Part shown: piece after piece, positions 38,430 through 51,033 of the stretch | Layout: the number at the start of each line of letters is the position of its first letter | Numbering within the stretch: the stretch's first letter is position 1 | Assembly: GCF_030144855.1 (NCBI RefSeq) | Contig: NC_082731.1 | Coordinates: forward strand, 20,398,001 to 20,462,000 | Length of the DNA: 64,000 bases | Source of the DNA: Hypanus sabinus | Lineage: Eukaryota | Reading direction: 5' to 3' | The notes under the pieces: model-generated | Seen by the model: the letters and a program-made list of their open reading frames with translations, nothing else | What the model was told of the DNA's origin: nothing | Database searches by the model: none | Made by a program: the position numbers and the translations under genes

Positions 38430-41400
38430 ACTTATGACTACGAATATTATTCGCAGAAAATATGCAGATTTGAGGAAATCTCCGAAACCGGGATGTGTAC
38501 CAATTAGCAGAAATTGAAAAGTTTTTCAATATTTCCCAAACACATGCGATATGTTAGTTGACACGGGAAATTGTATTGACAGCTAATCTGGATTTGCCAA
38601 CTAATGGACAGGAAGTTTATATTACGGGTGCAGGAGAAATAACAGTGGAAGTAGAAAGAAGCGAATTGCGGATACTCGAAATAGGCGAGGCACCACTTTC
38701 AGTGTATTTCTGGATATATCCACATAATATGTGTACTATTCTCGGAATAGACACTGAAAGAAAAGCAAGGAGCATTGTAGACGCAGGAAATGGTGAAATA
38801 ATATGCACAACCCAGGGTCAGTGAGCACGTACAACCAGATTGGTACACAACGCAGCCAGCGTAATCGCACTGACCGCTGTTCACACGTCTGTAACGGTAG
38901 TTAGGGAAACTGGAATTAATCCAGTGAGTAAACTTCTCACAGAGAGGGAGGCACACGGATGTCAAATAGGAATAGAGCAGGAAAAAATATGGGTGCAATG
39001 GATACACCTCTAGAGGGAAAGCAGAGGATAGCTTTGTGGATGAGTCTCGGATTTAGATAAACTAGAGCATACGGTCTGGGTGCACCGTGGTGAAGAACGC
39101 GAGTGAAGAATGAGCTCCAGCAGGACTGCTAGTGGATTGCTAAGCTCAGCTGGCAGACCCTGCTGGTCGTGACAGAAACCATGCGCAACAGTAAAGGCAG
39201 AGAAGCTAATATATATTCAGACAGCCCGTACAACTTCGGGGCCTTTATTGGATGGCCTGGGGCGATGAGAATTTGTAACCACAACAGGACCAGGTATCCA
39301 TCACGGGCACCCAGTACAACAACTGCTGGAAGCACTGTCTGCCAACTGAAGTGAAAATAATTAAAGTGGAATCTCAGCGGTAAGAGAGGAGTAAGGAGAG
39401 GAAAGTAATAACAAGAAATTACATTTGTGCAGCAAGAAAAGTCAGAGCCAGGTGAATTATCACAGACATCTCCAAGAGGACCCTTGGATAACATTCAAAA
39501 AGAAGGGGGAAAAGCTTATGTCTCGTCATTATGAACAAAAGAAAATCTGCACATGCTGGAAATCCACGAAATACACACAATGTTCTGAAGGAATTCACCT
39601 AGCCAGGCAGCATCTCTGTAGTGATGAACTGTGATAAGCTGTCTGGACTGCTGCGTTCCTCCAGCATTTGTGTGTATTGTCTTGCAATTATGGATCACTT
39701 TAACCGGCGGGAAGTAGCTTTCCCAACCAGAGGAGAGCTGCACGAACATTTGTCAAGTAATCCTACCAAGGTGAGGAACTCTTCCGGGTGGACTATAACC
39801 AGGAAGCACATTTCACAGGGAAAGTGACAAATGAAATGTGCCGACCGCGAGGGATTCGCCAACAGATCCACATCCCGCCCAACAAGGACGCTGCCTGGAA
39901 GATCACTGCGCCTTCAGGGTCCTGGAGCTGGACGCGTGGTGATTCGAGGCCGGCGTTGCCACCTGGTGGATTGAGTGATCACACGGAAGACCTAAATCAG
40001 CATGAACTATGGCCCCGAGTTACTTGGGCATAAAGCTCGGAAAAGCGACGCCACAAACTTTGAACACCATAAATCTGCGTGTTGTTTGTCATGTCTCTCC
40101 TCCCGCTGTGAAACGGGAACACCTCTTTTTCCCTATTCGGGAGAAAGAAAGTCTGAGATATGTCCGATAATGGGTGGACGATTTGTCTTTGATGTACTGC
40201 ATATATCTGTCTTTCTTAATGCTTTGTTGGAGGCTTGTGTGCTCATGCCGGGTACTGATGTTCTTTTGTTGGTGGGGGAGGGGATTCCTTGCTTGGCTAC
40301 TAGTTATGTGTGGCAGGGGGGAGTCGGGGGGGGGCGGCATTGCGTTTCCAATATCTGTCATTCATTCTTTGGGGGACTACTCTGTTTTCCTCGATGTTTT
40401 CGAAGAAATATTACTTCAGGATGGTTATATCTTACATTTCTCTGACAATAACTGCAGCTATATAACCTATCGAACCTATTGAACCCTCTGAGTTCAGGAA
40501 TGGTAGAAAACCTAAACCAGAGGATACCTTTACCAAAACGTCAGCTGATGGTGAAAGACATTGGTTCATGTACTACCATTCATCATGAGATTGCGGACAA
40601 TCCAAACCGCACGCTGGTTTCAGATGCTATCAGCTATTGATAGGGTGAAAAATCAGACTCCGTTATGAGATAAGTACGGGTTGCGGTGATCCTGGGGTGC
40701 ACAGGGATAGACTGACACAGTATGTGAACGCGCTTTGTATGCGACTTAAAGTATTAGATGATCGTGCCAAACAACAGCAGCACATTGATGATCAAAGAGA
40801 TGAATTGGGAAAGGAGATAATCCTCCCAAAACCGAATGATTACGTCATGGTGAGGGTGTCTCTTGAAAGTGTACGCTCCCAGCTGGATAGGACCACAGAT
40901 GGTACTTTGAAAAACTGACACGTGTTTGTGTGGAGACTTCAGGAGGCGGACAGTGGAAAGAATGTATTCAGGTTATACTGCGAAACTCGCTTTCTTGTTG
41001 CCACTACAGGCAAAGCCGGGGAAGGAGTGCAGCTCGTAACCGTGTAATTATCGAGAATCCAAGAGATGGACAACAACCAGCCACACCAGAACTGTTCGCA
41101 ATTGATGGAAACTGATCCACAGCAAACTCGAAGGTAGTGGCTACCGAGGGTGTGACGGAAACCCTTGAATAACATGACAAAGAGTGACGATAAACGTACT
41201 CTGTTCTGACCGCTGAACACTGAAGGTATGTGATCACTTGAACAGCAGAAAACCGGAAAATATTTTGCAGAGAATGGATCGGCAGGGATTTAGCTTAAAT
41301 CAGACATATGCATAACATCGATATTATGGTAGAATGAGGAGGATTGGAGACGGAATCTGAAGGCCATTGCACTCAGCCGGGTTGGGGAATAGAAGCTGGC

Positions 41401-41911
41401 CACTCTCGGCAGTTGCGGCCAGCGATCGACTGGATAGTTTGGACAGGATTGCAACCACGGAGAGGTCGTTTCACTAATTGAAATGGGGAAAACCCCAACT
41501 CTTTATTGTACATTGATGAGATGGACTGTGAACATGATGAATTTGGTTTGCTGCTGCCCATTGAAAGGAAGAGATTATTAGCTACCCGAGAATGGAGGGA
41601 TGAAGACAAGGAATTGACTAATCTTCAATCGGTCAGCAAAGAAAGAGCCAACAGCCAGACACATGAAGCTGCATTTCTAAAGACAGTTGTTCACATATCT
41701 GGACAATCACACTGCTTAGCATTTTGCAGGTAGCAAATAGGGATGATAGGCTAGTTGCACATTCGCCTACAGGAGGTTTGGGAAATTCCGCAGGAGGGCA
41801 TTTTTGCTGACAAAGTTGAGTAAATCTCCCTTAAGATTGGCCTTTCGTGCCAGTTAAATATTTTTGTCCGGGGTGCCAAAAGGAGGGAATGTTTATGAGA
41901 ATTTTAGATCC
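38430..41911 (+). mobile_element. ERV remnant of cassette 3 (protease, RNase H, integrase, env-position DNA, PPT, LTR stub from 41890)
   Basis: LVDTG at about 38554; ORF 39169 KGREANIYSDSPYNFG; YCLAIMDHFNRR (ORF 39621); near-identical to 33.9-36.6 kb. Confidence 0.8.
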
Positions 41912-42481
41912 GTCACAAGTGCAAAGAACACTGCAGATGCTGTGGTCAAATCAACACGTACAAAAGCTGGATGAACTCAGCAGGTCGGGCAGCATCCTGC
42001 GCATCTATAAGGGGCCGGATTACCTCCCTTCGGAAAGTGCTGAAATTCTGCAGGATCTCCAGTCTCTGCTCACAGTCCAATAATGTACTGATAAGTATGT
42101 TAATGACTTATTTTAATTCGAGCTGTGATTAGGTTAGGTTCTTGGATCTCCAGAGGTGAAACTCGGTGCCCGCTGGAAGTATTCCGTGATCCACTGCTTA
42201 GCAAATAATTAAAACAAAAGAAAGCATGAGAGAGAGGGGAAGACGGAGTGAGCGAGAGAAAGGGAATGCAAATGACAGAGCAAGAGGGAAGGACGGATGT
42301 ATGGTGGGGGAGTCGCATGAGAGAACAATTGAGAAGGTTGAAAATAAAGCAGGAAAGTCAAAGTATAAGGTAGGAACAAGATAAAAGAAAGCAACGCTTG
42401 CGAAACTGTAGGAACGATCAATGCAGAGACACGGGAGAGAAAGAAAAATGGAAGGTTAGAGATGAATAGGGTGTTATACGT

Positions 42482-42517
<36 letters not shown>

Positions 42518-43181
42518 GGAGAGATGATAAATAAGACTCAATATTCACCGCACCAATTCATTAATTGAGTTTACATACAGTGTGGAATATGGAGAAAGTC
42601 CAAGCATTGAGAAGAGATACGGGGAATAAATGCTGGAGAGTCAGCGAGCGATATTGAGAACATGTCAGAAAGAATGAGACATAGATAGACAGAGAACGGG
42701 AAATTGGTTGTGTGTGTGAGAGAGAGAGGTTCAGTGGAACAGAAAGAACGAATGAGGGGGAAGAAAATGGTAAGAAAAATAGAGGTCTATCGATAAGCCT
42801 AGGTAGTTCTCAGGTCAAGACATGGTCAGTATAGCTTTATGGGCCGCAGGGCATGTATTGTGCTGTAGGTTTTCTATGTTTTTGTGTTTCTAGTGAGTGA
42901 GATTGCAAATAAGAGAAAGGAGGAGAAACATTACGAGTAAGTTATACGAGATAGAAAGCGGTACAAAGGCAAGCAGAAACACCAAAAAGAACTGAAACAA
43001 AATGTGATTGGTGTCCGGACTGGATACATTCGGCGCTCACAGCCAATCAATGCAACGGCAGGACTGAGCCCCCACACTTCCTCAAGCTCAAATATGCCGA
43101 AGGTCTGATCTTACTCTTCATTGTCGGTCAAGTTTATTAAGTGATTAGACTGCAAGTAAGCTGTCTCCAGATCCGGAGAGC

Positions 43182-43614
43182 ATGAAATTCCTGTTTTCTT
43201 TGCTGATTATACTGGCTATGATGCCTGGTGAGTCTTCGCGCTAACGGTCTGTATCTGTTCCTTATGTCCGGCGAAAGCTCGATCTGTTAATGCATTTTGC
43301 CATTTAATTGCAGGAGCAATTGGGAAAGATTCCGTGACGCAATGGCCGACTGATTTAACGATTGTGGAAGAACAAAATGTAACACTGAACTGTAGTTACA
43401 CTGGCGTACCTAACTATATTGCTTGGTACGTTCAGCATCGAGTGGAATCTCCAAAGTACTTGATGAGGTTGTATAGCACTGGAAAGATCGACCGGCATGC
43501 AGATTGTCCGTCGAGGTTTACCGGTAGCTTCGACAGTGACAACAAGGCGGCACATTTGAAGATCTCTGGGGTTTTTGTGTCGGACTCTGCCCTGTATCTT
43601 TGTGCCATGAGTCC
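43182..43614 (+). CDS. TRAV: TCR alpha/delta-type V segment V4 (leader 43182-43227, intron 43228-43313, V exon 43314-43614), open frame
   Basis: Leader MKFLFSLLIILAMMP-G; V exon ...LNCSYTGVPNYIAWYVQ...DSALYLCAMSP. Confidence 0.92.
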
Positions 43615-43653
43615 CACAGTGTTGTAAGGTGATGACAGCGACGGACAAAATCC
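43615..43653 (+). other. 23-RSS of V4
   Basis: CACAGTG + 23 nt + ACAAAATCC. Confidence 0.92.
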
Positions 43654-43729
43654 AACGTCAATGACGCGGTGAGCGCTTTCTAGAGGGCGCCCTTTGCCGG
43701 GAAAGTGGCAGATGCACAGAAAAAAAATC

Positions 43730-46700
43730 TCCGTCACTGGAATGTGTACCAATTTGCAGAAATTGAAAAGTTTTTCAATATTTCACAGGCACATGGGATA
43801 TATTAGTTGACACAGGAGAAATACTATCGATAGCTGATAAGGATTGCCAACTAATGGAGAGGAAGTTTATATTACGGGTGCAGGAGAAATAAATGTGAAA
43901 GTAGAAAGAAGCGAATTGCGGATACTCGAAAAAGGCGAGGCACCACTTTCAGTGTATTTCTGGATCTGTCGAAATAATGTGTGTACTATTCTCGGAATAG
44001 ACACTGTAAGGGAAGCAAGGGCTATTGTATATCCAGGAAAGTGTGATATGCAAAGCCAGTGGCAGAGAAGACGTACGAGTAAATTGGCACACAACGCAGC
44101 CGGCGTAAACGCACTGACAGCTGTTCACACGTCTGTAACGGCAGTTCGGGACACTGGAATTAAACCCGCGAGTAGACTTCTCACAGAGAGGGAGGCACAC
44201 GGATTCTTAAATAGGAATGGAGCAGAAACAAAATATGGGTGCAAATGAAACACCTCTAGAGGGAAAGCAGGATAAAACTTTGTAGACGAGTCTCGGAGGC
44301 ACATAAACTAGAACACACGGTCCGGGTGCACTGCGGTGAAGGACGCATGTGAAGAATGAGCTTCAGGAGCACTGACAGGGAATTGCTAAGCTCAGGTGGC
44401 GGACCTGCTGGCCCCGACAGAAACAATGCGCTACACTAAAGGCAGGCAAGAAAATATATATCCAGACAGCCCGTATACCTTCGGGGCGGTTATCGGATGG
44501 CCTGGGGCGATGAGGATTTGTAAACACAACAGGTGCAGGTATTCAGCTCGGGCACCCATACAACAACTACCGGAAGCACTGTCTGCCACCTCAAGTGACA
44601 GCAATTAAAATGGAATCTCAGCTGTAAGAGAAGAGTAAGGAGCAGAAAGTAATAACAAGAAATTTCAAGTGTGCAGGAAGAAACGTCGGAAGCCAGTTGA
44701 TTAAAAACAGACAGCTCCGAGGGGACTTTTGGAGAACATTCAAAAGGCAGGGGGAAAGCTTAAGGCTCGTCATTATGAAGAATAGAAAACCTGCTGATGC
44801 TGAAAACCGAGAAATACACAAAAAGTGCTGGAGGAATTGACCTGGCCAGTTAAAATCTCTGTAGTGATGAACTATAATTTTAGCTGCCTGGTCTCTTGTG
44901 TTCCTCTGGCATTTGGTGTGTATTGTCTTGTAATTATGGATCACTTCAGCCGGCGTATAGAAGCTTTCCGAACCATAGACTGCATCGCCAGCAGCGCTGC
45001 ACGGAGTGTTGTCAGGTAATCCTACAAAGGTGAAGAACTCTTCCAGATGGCTAAGACCATGAAGCACATTTCACAGGGAAAGTGATAAATGAATTTTGCC
45101 GACTGCGTTGGATTCGACAACGGGTCCACATCCCCTACGACCAAGGACGCGGCTTGGAGGATTAGTGCGCCTTCAGCGACCGGACTTCATGGGGGGCTGA
45201 TTCGAGGCCGGTGCTGCCGCCTGATGTGTTGTGGGAGTACACGGAAGATCTGAATCAGCAAGAACTAGGGACCCGAGTTCTTTGGGCACAGAGCTGGGAT
45301 AAGCGACGCGACAGACTTAGAACACCATACATCAGCGAGATGTTTATCATGTCTCTCTTTTCGCTGTGAAAAGGGAACACCTCTTTTTCCGTTATAAAGT
45401 AGAAAGAGATGCTGTGATATTTCGAATATAGGTGAACGATTTGCCTTTGACGTACTGCAGTTATCTGTCTTTCCTAATGATTTGCTGCAGGCTTGAGTGC
45501 TTTTGCCGGGTGCCGATGCTTTTTACTGATGGGGGAGGGAGTTCGTTGCTTTGATGCTGCTTATACATGGCAGGGGGGAGTTGAGGGGCTGATTTGCGTT
45601 TCTAATATCTGCCATTCATTCTTTGGGGCACCCCTCTGTTTCCCTTGATGATTTAGTAGGAATATTATTTCAGGATGCATTTTCTATACATCTTCCTGAC
45701 AATAAATGCACCTATTTAACCTATCGAACCCATTGAACCCTCAGTGATCACGAATGGTAGAAATCATAAACGAAGGAATGCCTTTGCGAAAACTACAGCT
45801 GATGGGGAAAGATATGGGTTGATGTATTACCAGTCATCCTGATGAGATTGCCAGCAATCCAAACAGCACCCTGGTTTTCAGCCACAATGAGCTATTGGAA
45901 GAGTGAAAATCAGATTCCCTTATGGAATAATTACGGGTTGCCGTGAGCCTGGGGTGTACAGGGAGAGAATTACACAGTATGTGAAAGAGCTTTCTATGCG
46001 ACATAAAGTATTGAAGGATCGAGCCAAACATCAGCAGCACATTGATGATCAGAGAGATCCACTGGGAAAGGAGATAGTCCTCCGTAGTCCGAGTGACCAG
46101 TTTATGGTGAGGGTGTTGCTTGAAAGTGCATGCTCCCAGCTGGATCGGACCAGAAATGGTACTTTCAAAACGTAACAACGTGTTTATGTGGAGACTTCAC
46201 GAGCCAGCCAGTGGAAACAATGCATTCAGGTTTTACTGTGAGACTCACTTCAGACAAAGCCAAGGAAGGAGTGCAACTAGTAACCGTGCAATTATAGAGA
46301 ATCCTTGAGATGGACTCCAGCCAGCCACACCAGAACTGACCACAATTGATGAAAACAGATCCACAGCAAACGCGAAGGTAGAAGGCACGGAGATTGTGAC
46401 AGAAACCCATGAATAACATGCTATAGAGACGGTAAAAAAATTCTATTCTGACCGATGATTACCGAAAGTATGTGATTAGTTGAAGAGCAGTAAATGGAAA
46501 ATATATTGCAGAAAGTGTACTGGCAGGAATTTAAGTTAAATCAGACACATCCATGACTTCGATACCATGGTAGAATGAGGAGGATTGCAGAAGGAATCTG
46601 AAGGCAGTTACACTCAGCCTGAATATGGAATAGAAGTGGGCTGACCACCTTCAGCAGTTATGGCCAGCGATCGAGTGGGTAGTTCGGACAGGAGAGCAAC

Positions 46701-47130
46701 CTGGGAGAGGTCGTTTTAGTAATTGAAATGGGAGACCACACCAACCCCTTATTGTACATCGATGAGAAACCCTATGAGCTGATGAATTTACTTTATAGCT
46801 GCCCCTGGAAAGAGAGAGAGTTAGTTACCAGAAAATAGAGGATTGAAGACAAGGAATGGCATAAGCTTCAATCGGTCAGCAAAGGAAGAGCCAACAGGCA
46901 TATGCATGAAGCTGCATTTCTAAAGACAGTTGTTCACATATCTGGACAATCACACTGCTTAGCATTTTGAAAGAAGCAATTTGGCATGATTGGGTAGATG
47001 TGCATGCGCCTGGGAATTATGGGAAATTCCGAAGGAGGGCATTTTTGGGGCCCAATTTGAGTCGATCTTGCTTAATATTGGCCTATCGTACTAGATAATT
47101 ATTTCTGTCCGGGGTGCTAAGAGGAGGGAA
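43730..47130 (+). mobile_element. Most complete ERV internal remnant (cassette 4): protease, tether/RNase H, integrase with GPY/F-type end, env-position DNA, PPT
   Basis: LVDTG at about 43804; TILGID and GIKPASRLLTEREAH (ORF 43844); NIYPDSPYTFG...PIQQLPEAL (ORF 44396); YCLVIMDHFSRRIEAF (ORF 44825); PSWIGP (ORF 46120); PPT aagaggagggaa at 47119-47130. Confidence 0.82.
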
Positions 47131-47590
47131 TGTTCGAAAAAATTTTAGATCCAGCACATTTGGCAATTAAAGTAACTGACTTCGGGGACTGGCCTTCAGA
47201 GTCGAATATGCATTTTAGATTATTTTAAAGTGCATCTCTGGACAATAGGTTCCTAAACGCCTTAGATCACGGACCAGACAATGCTTATTAAAATGCATTT
47301 CCATGTCTGTTGTATGGGTGCGGTTCGTGAGGTGTGAGGTTTGTGTGTGTGCTTCCAATGAAATCATTATGGGTTCATTGTAAACATGTAATTGTCCTTT
47401 GTTGATTAGTACATAATATATGAGGTAGCGTGAGCATCGATACCTTTCCACTGAAAGGGCCTTAATTCAGTATTTTGCCTGCTCTATCTTGTTGTTTCAA
47501 TAAACTCACCCTGAGTATAATCGGCTCTCGTTTTTAGGTGCGTCGTTGGCTCAACACTCTTCTAAGGGACCCTCTACCTACCCCCATCCC
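47131..47590 (+). mobile_element. ERV LTR (3' boundary approximate); paralogs start at 4897, 9724 and 61284, partial at about 51705
   Basis: Starts TGT immediately after the PPT; AT-rich TATA-like cataatatatga at about 47412; AATAAA at 47499-47504. Confidence 0.65.
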
Positions 47591-48687
47591 TCCGATTTCG
47601 GCAGGGATTGCACTTTCTGCTATTCCTTTTCATTCGTCCACACTACTAAATTTCTGCCAGGCAATTATTCTAGTAACCGTCTTGATTGCTACACCTGCCA
47701 CATTACCACTGAGAACCGAATGCGTTTTACTTATTTTCTGCCTCAGTAGCGTGTCCTCCGTTTGCCGGAGGGAAGACATGCGAAGAGAGATGCATCTGAA
47801 TTGCGGTTTGTGACTGGGCAGAGGTGAGAGTAAAGTGTGGGGAACCAATATGATGCAAAATTGAAGACAGAAAGAGGGCGGGTGAGAATGATGATATGAG
47901 AATGAGAACAAATGTGCGAGACGTGTGAGTATTGAAATAGTGAGTGAGTGAGCGAGAGAGAGAACGAAAGAGAGAGTGAGAGAGAGATATGGTGATCGAT
48001 AGAGCAGTAATTCGACCGAGTGGCAGGAGAAGAGAGAGAACTGGGAAGGCGAGACTGAGTGGAAGAAAAATGGAGGAACGAGAATGCAGTCCAGCCACCG
48101 TAGGTAGTGTTTATCCTGAAACTTTTTTTCAGTTCTGGGCATGGGATTTCGAAGTTCTATTCCTGCGCATCTATATAATGTCTGTATGATCTCCCTTCGG
48201 AATGTGCGGAAATTCTGCTGGATCTACAGACTCCGCTCATAGTCCAAAGATGTACTGAGAAGCATGTTAATCACTCATTGTAATTTGTGTTGTGATTAGG
48301 TTAGGGTCTTGCATCTCCAGAGGTGAAGCTCAGTGGTCGATGGGACTATTCCGCGATCCACCACTAACTAAATAAATAAAACAAAAGTAGAAAGTGTGGG
48401 ACAAAGAAAGCATTTGAGACAGGAAGACGGGAGTGAGCGAGAGAAAGGGAAAGGGAAAGGCGGAGCAAGAGGGAAGGATGGATATATGGGGGGCATGAGA
48501 AAAAATCGAGTGGGATAAAAATAAAGGGGGAAAAAGTATAAGGCAGGAACGGGAAAGAGGAAAGCAATGTTTGTGAAACTCAGGGAACGGTAGATGGAGA
48601 AAGTAACGACACGGGAGGGAATAAAAAACGGAAGATTAGAGATGAATAGGATGTGAAGCAATCAGAGAGTGAGAGAGAGGGAAAGAC

Positions 48688-49430
48688 AACAGGCAATAGA
48701 CAATAAGTGCAGGAGTAGGCCATTCGGCCCTTCCAGCCAGCACCGCCATTCACTGTGATCATGGCTGATCATACACAATCAATACCCCGTTCCTGCCCTC
48801 TCCCCATATCTCTTGACCCCGCTATCTATAAGAGCTCTATCTAACTCTCTCTGGAATGCTTCCAGAGACTTGGCCTCCAGTGCCTTCTGGGGCAGAGCAT
48901 CCAAATATCCACCACTCTTTGAGTGAAAAAGTTTTTCCGCATCTCAGTTCTAAATGGCCTACCTCTTATTCTTAAAATGTGGCCTCTCGTTCTGGACTCA
49001 CCCATCAGCGGGAATATGCTTCCTGCCTCCAGCGTGTTCAATCCCTTAATAATCTTATATGTTTCAATCAGATCCCCTTTCATCCTTCTAAATTCCAGTG
49101 TATGCAAGCCCAGTCGCTCTAATTTTTCAACATATGACAGTCCCGCCATTCCGGGAATTAACCTTGTGGACCTACGCTGCTCTCCCTCAATAGCAAGGAT
49201 GTCCTTCCTCAAATTCGGAGCCGAAAACTGCACTCAATGCTCCATGTGGTGTGGCCCAGGACACTGTACAGCTGCAGAAGGATCTCTTTACTCCTCCTCT
49301 CAATTCCTCTTGTTAAAAAAGCCAGCATGCCCTTAGCTTTCTTTACTGCCTGCTGAACCTGCATGCTTGTTTTCATTGACTGATGTACAACAACACCTAG
49401 ATCTCGTTGTGCTTCCCCTTTTCCTAACTT
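48688..49430 (-). mobile_element. CR1 LINE 3' fragment
   Basis: ORF 48841..49233 RLIPGMAGLSYVEKLERLGLHTLEFRRMKGDLIETYKII. Confidence 0.88.
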
Positions 49431-49681
49431 GGCATGGCCAAGTGGTAAAGGCGATCGAATGGGATCAGAAGGTCGTGAGTTCAAGCCTCAGCCGAGGCAG
49501 CGTGTTGTCTACCAGCAAACTGCTGGGGGTAAACCTCGCGATAGATTGGCGTCCAATCCGGGGGGTGGAGGGGGAAGGGGAAGGGGACGAGGGAGTCTCG
49601 AACTCTTAGTCGCTTCACTCTACAGAAACCGGCATAAGCACCGGCCTGATGAGTCTTTAAGGCTCGGGACAGACTTTAACT
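49431..49681 (+). mobile_element. tRNA-derived SINE (V-SINE-like)
   Basis: A-box-like ggcatggccaagtggtaa and B-box-like gagttcaagcc, followed by a non-tRNA body (gggggtaaacctcgcgatagattggcgtccaatccggggg...tagtcgcttcactctacagaaaccgg) resembling fish V-domain SINEs from memory. Confidence 0.65.
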
Positions 49682-50600
49682 CATTATCTGATGAGACCTG
49701 AAGGCCTTTTGCAAAATGGTTATTTCACCATCATTATGTACTCGTCGGTACATAGGGATCATCTGTCTAAAGACAAGCTCTCTCGTTTTTTCGCAGATGA
49801 ATAAGACTCAATATTCACAGGACCAATTCCTAACTGAATTTACATGCAGTGAGGAACATGGCGAAAGACCAAGCATTGAGAAGAGATAGGGGGAATAAAT
49901 ACTGTAGAGTCAGTGAGCGATATTGCGAACAGGTCAGAAAGAATTAGAGATAGATAGATACTTAGATAGTNNNNNNNNNNNNNNNNNNNNNNNNNNNNNN
50001 NNNNNNNNNNNNNNNNNNNNNNNNNNNNNNNNNNNNNNNNNNNNNNNNNNNNNNNNNNNNNNNNNNNNNNNNNNNNNNNNNNNNNNNNNNNNNNNNNNNN
50101 NNNNNNNNNNNNNNNNNNGTCTGAGAGAAAGAGTTGCAGTGGAACAGAACGAACGTATGTGGGGGAAGAATATGGTAAGAATATGGAGCTTAGAAAAACA
50201 GAGACTTATCGAGAAGCCTAGGTAGTTCTGAGGTGAGGACATGTTCAGCACAGCTTGGTGACCGAAGGGCCGGTATTGTGCTGTATATTTTCTATGTTTC
50301 TGTGTTTCTAGCGAGTGAGATTGCAAATGAGTGAAAGCAGGAGAAACATTGCGAGGAAGTAATACGAGATAGAAAGAAGTATAAAGGCAAGCAGAAACAT
50401 CAAAAAACAACTGAAACAAAATGTGATTGGTGTCCGGACCGGAATACTTACACACTCACAGCCAATCAATCCACTGGCAGGGCTGCGCCTCCACATGTAT
50501 GCAAGCTGAAATATGCCTCAGGTCTGATTTTACCCTTCATTGTCGATCAAGGATATTAACTTATTGGACTGCAAATAAGCTGTCTTTCGATCCGGACACC

Positions 50601-51033
50601 ATGAATTTCCTGTGTTCTGTTCTGATTATATTGGCTATGATGCCCGGTGAGTCTTCGCGGTAACGGCTTGTATCTGTTCCTTATATCCGGAGAAAGCTCG
50701 ATCTGTTCATGCATTCTGTTATTTTATTGCAGGAGCAATTGGGAAAGATTCCGTGACGCAATGGCCGACTGATTTAACGATTGTGGAAGAACAAAATGTA
50801 ACACTGAACTGTAATTACACTGGCGTACCTAACTATATTGCTTGGTATGTTCAGCATCGAGTGGAATCTCCAAAGTATTTGCTGAAGTTGTACAGCAGTG
50901 GAAAGATGGAGCGGCATGCAGAATGTCCGGCGAGGTTTACCGGTGGATTGCAGAGTGGCAGCAAGGCGGCACATTTGAAGATCTCTGGGGCTTTTGTGTC
51001 GGACTCCGCCGTGTATCGTTGTGCCATGAGTCC
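50601..51033 (+). CDS. TRAV: TCR alpha/delta-type V segment V5 (leader 50601-50646, intron 50647-50732, V exon 50733-51033), open frame
   Basis: Leader MNFLCSVLIILAMMP-G; V exon ...LNCNYTGVPNYIAWYVQ...DSAVYRCAMSP. Confidence 0.92.

Noticed and set aside
46200-47118. Env coding region
   Set aside because: The position fits env, but no furin site, immunosuppressive domain or CX6CC motif could be read with confidence; left as env-position DNA.
49431-49500. tRNA gene
   Set aside because: Only A- and B-box-like motifs, with no convincing cloverleaf, followed by a SINE body.
49625-49660. Second hammerhead (GAAAccgg...ccggcCTGATGA) in the SINE
   Set aside because: No helix I or cleavage triplet between the hairpin and CTGATGA, and no helix II closing on a downstream GAAA.
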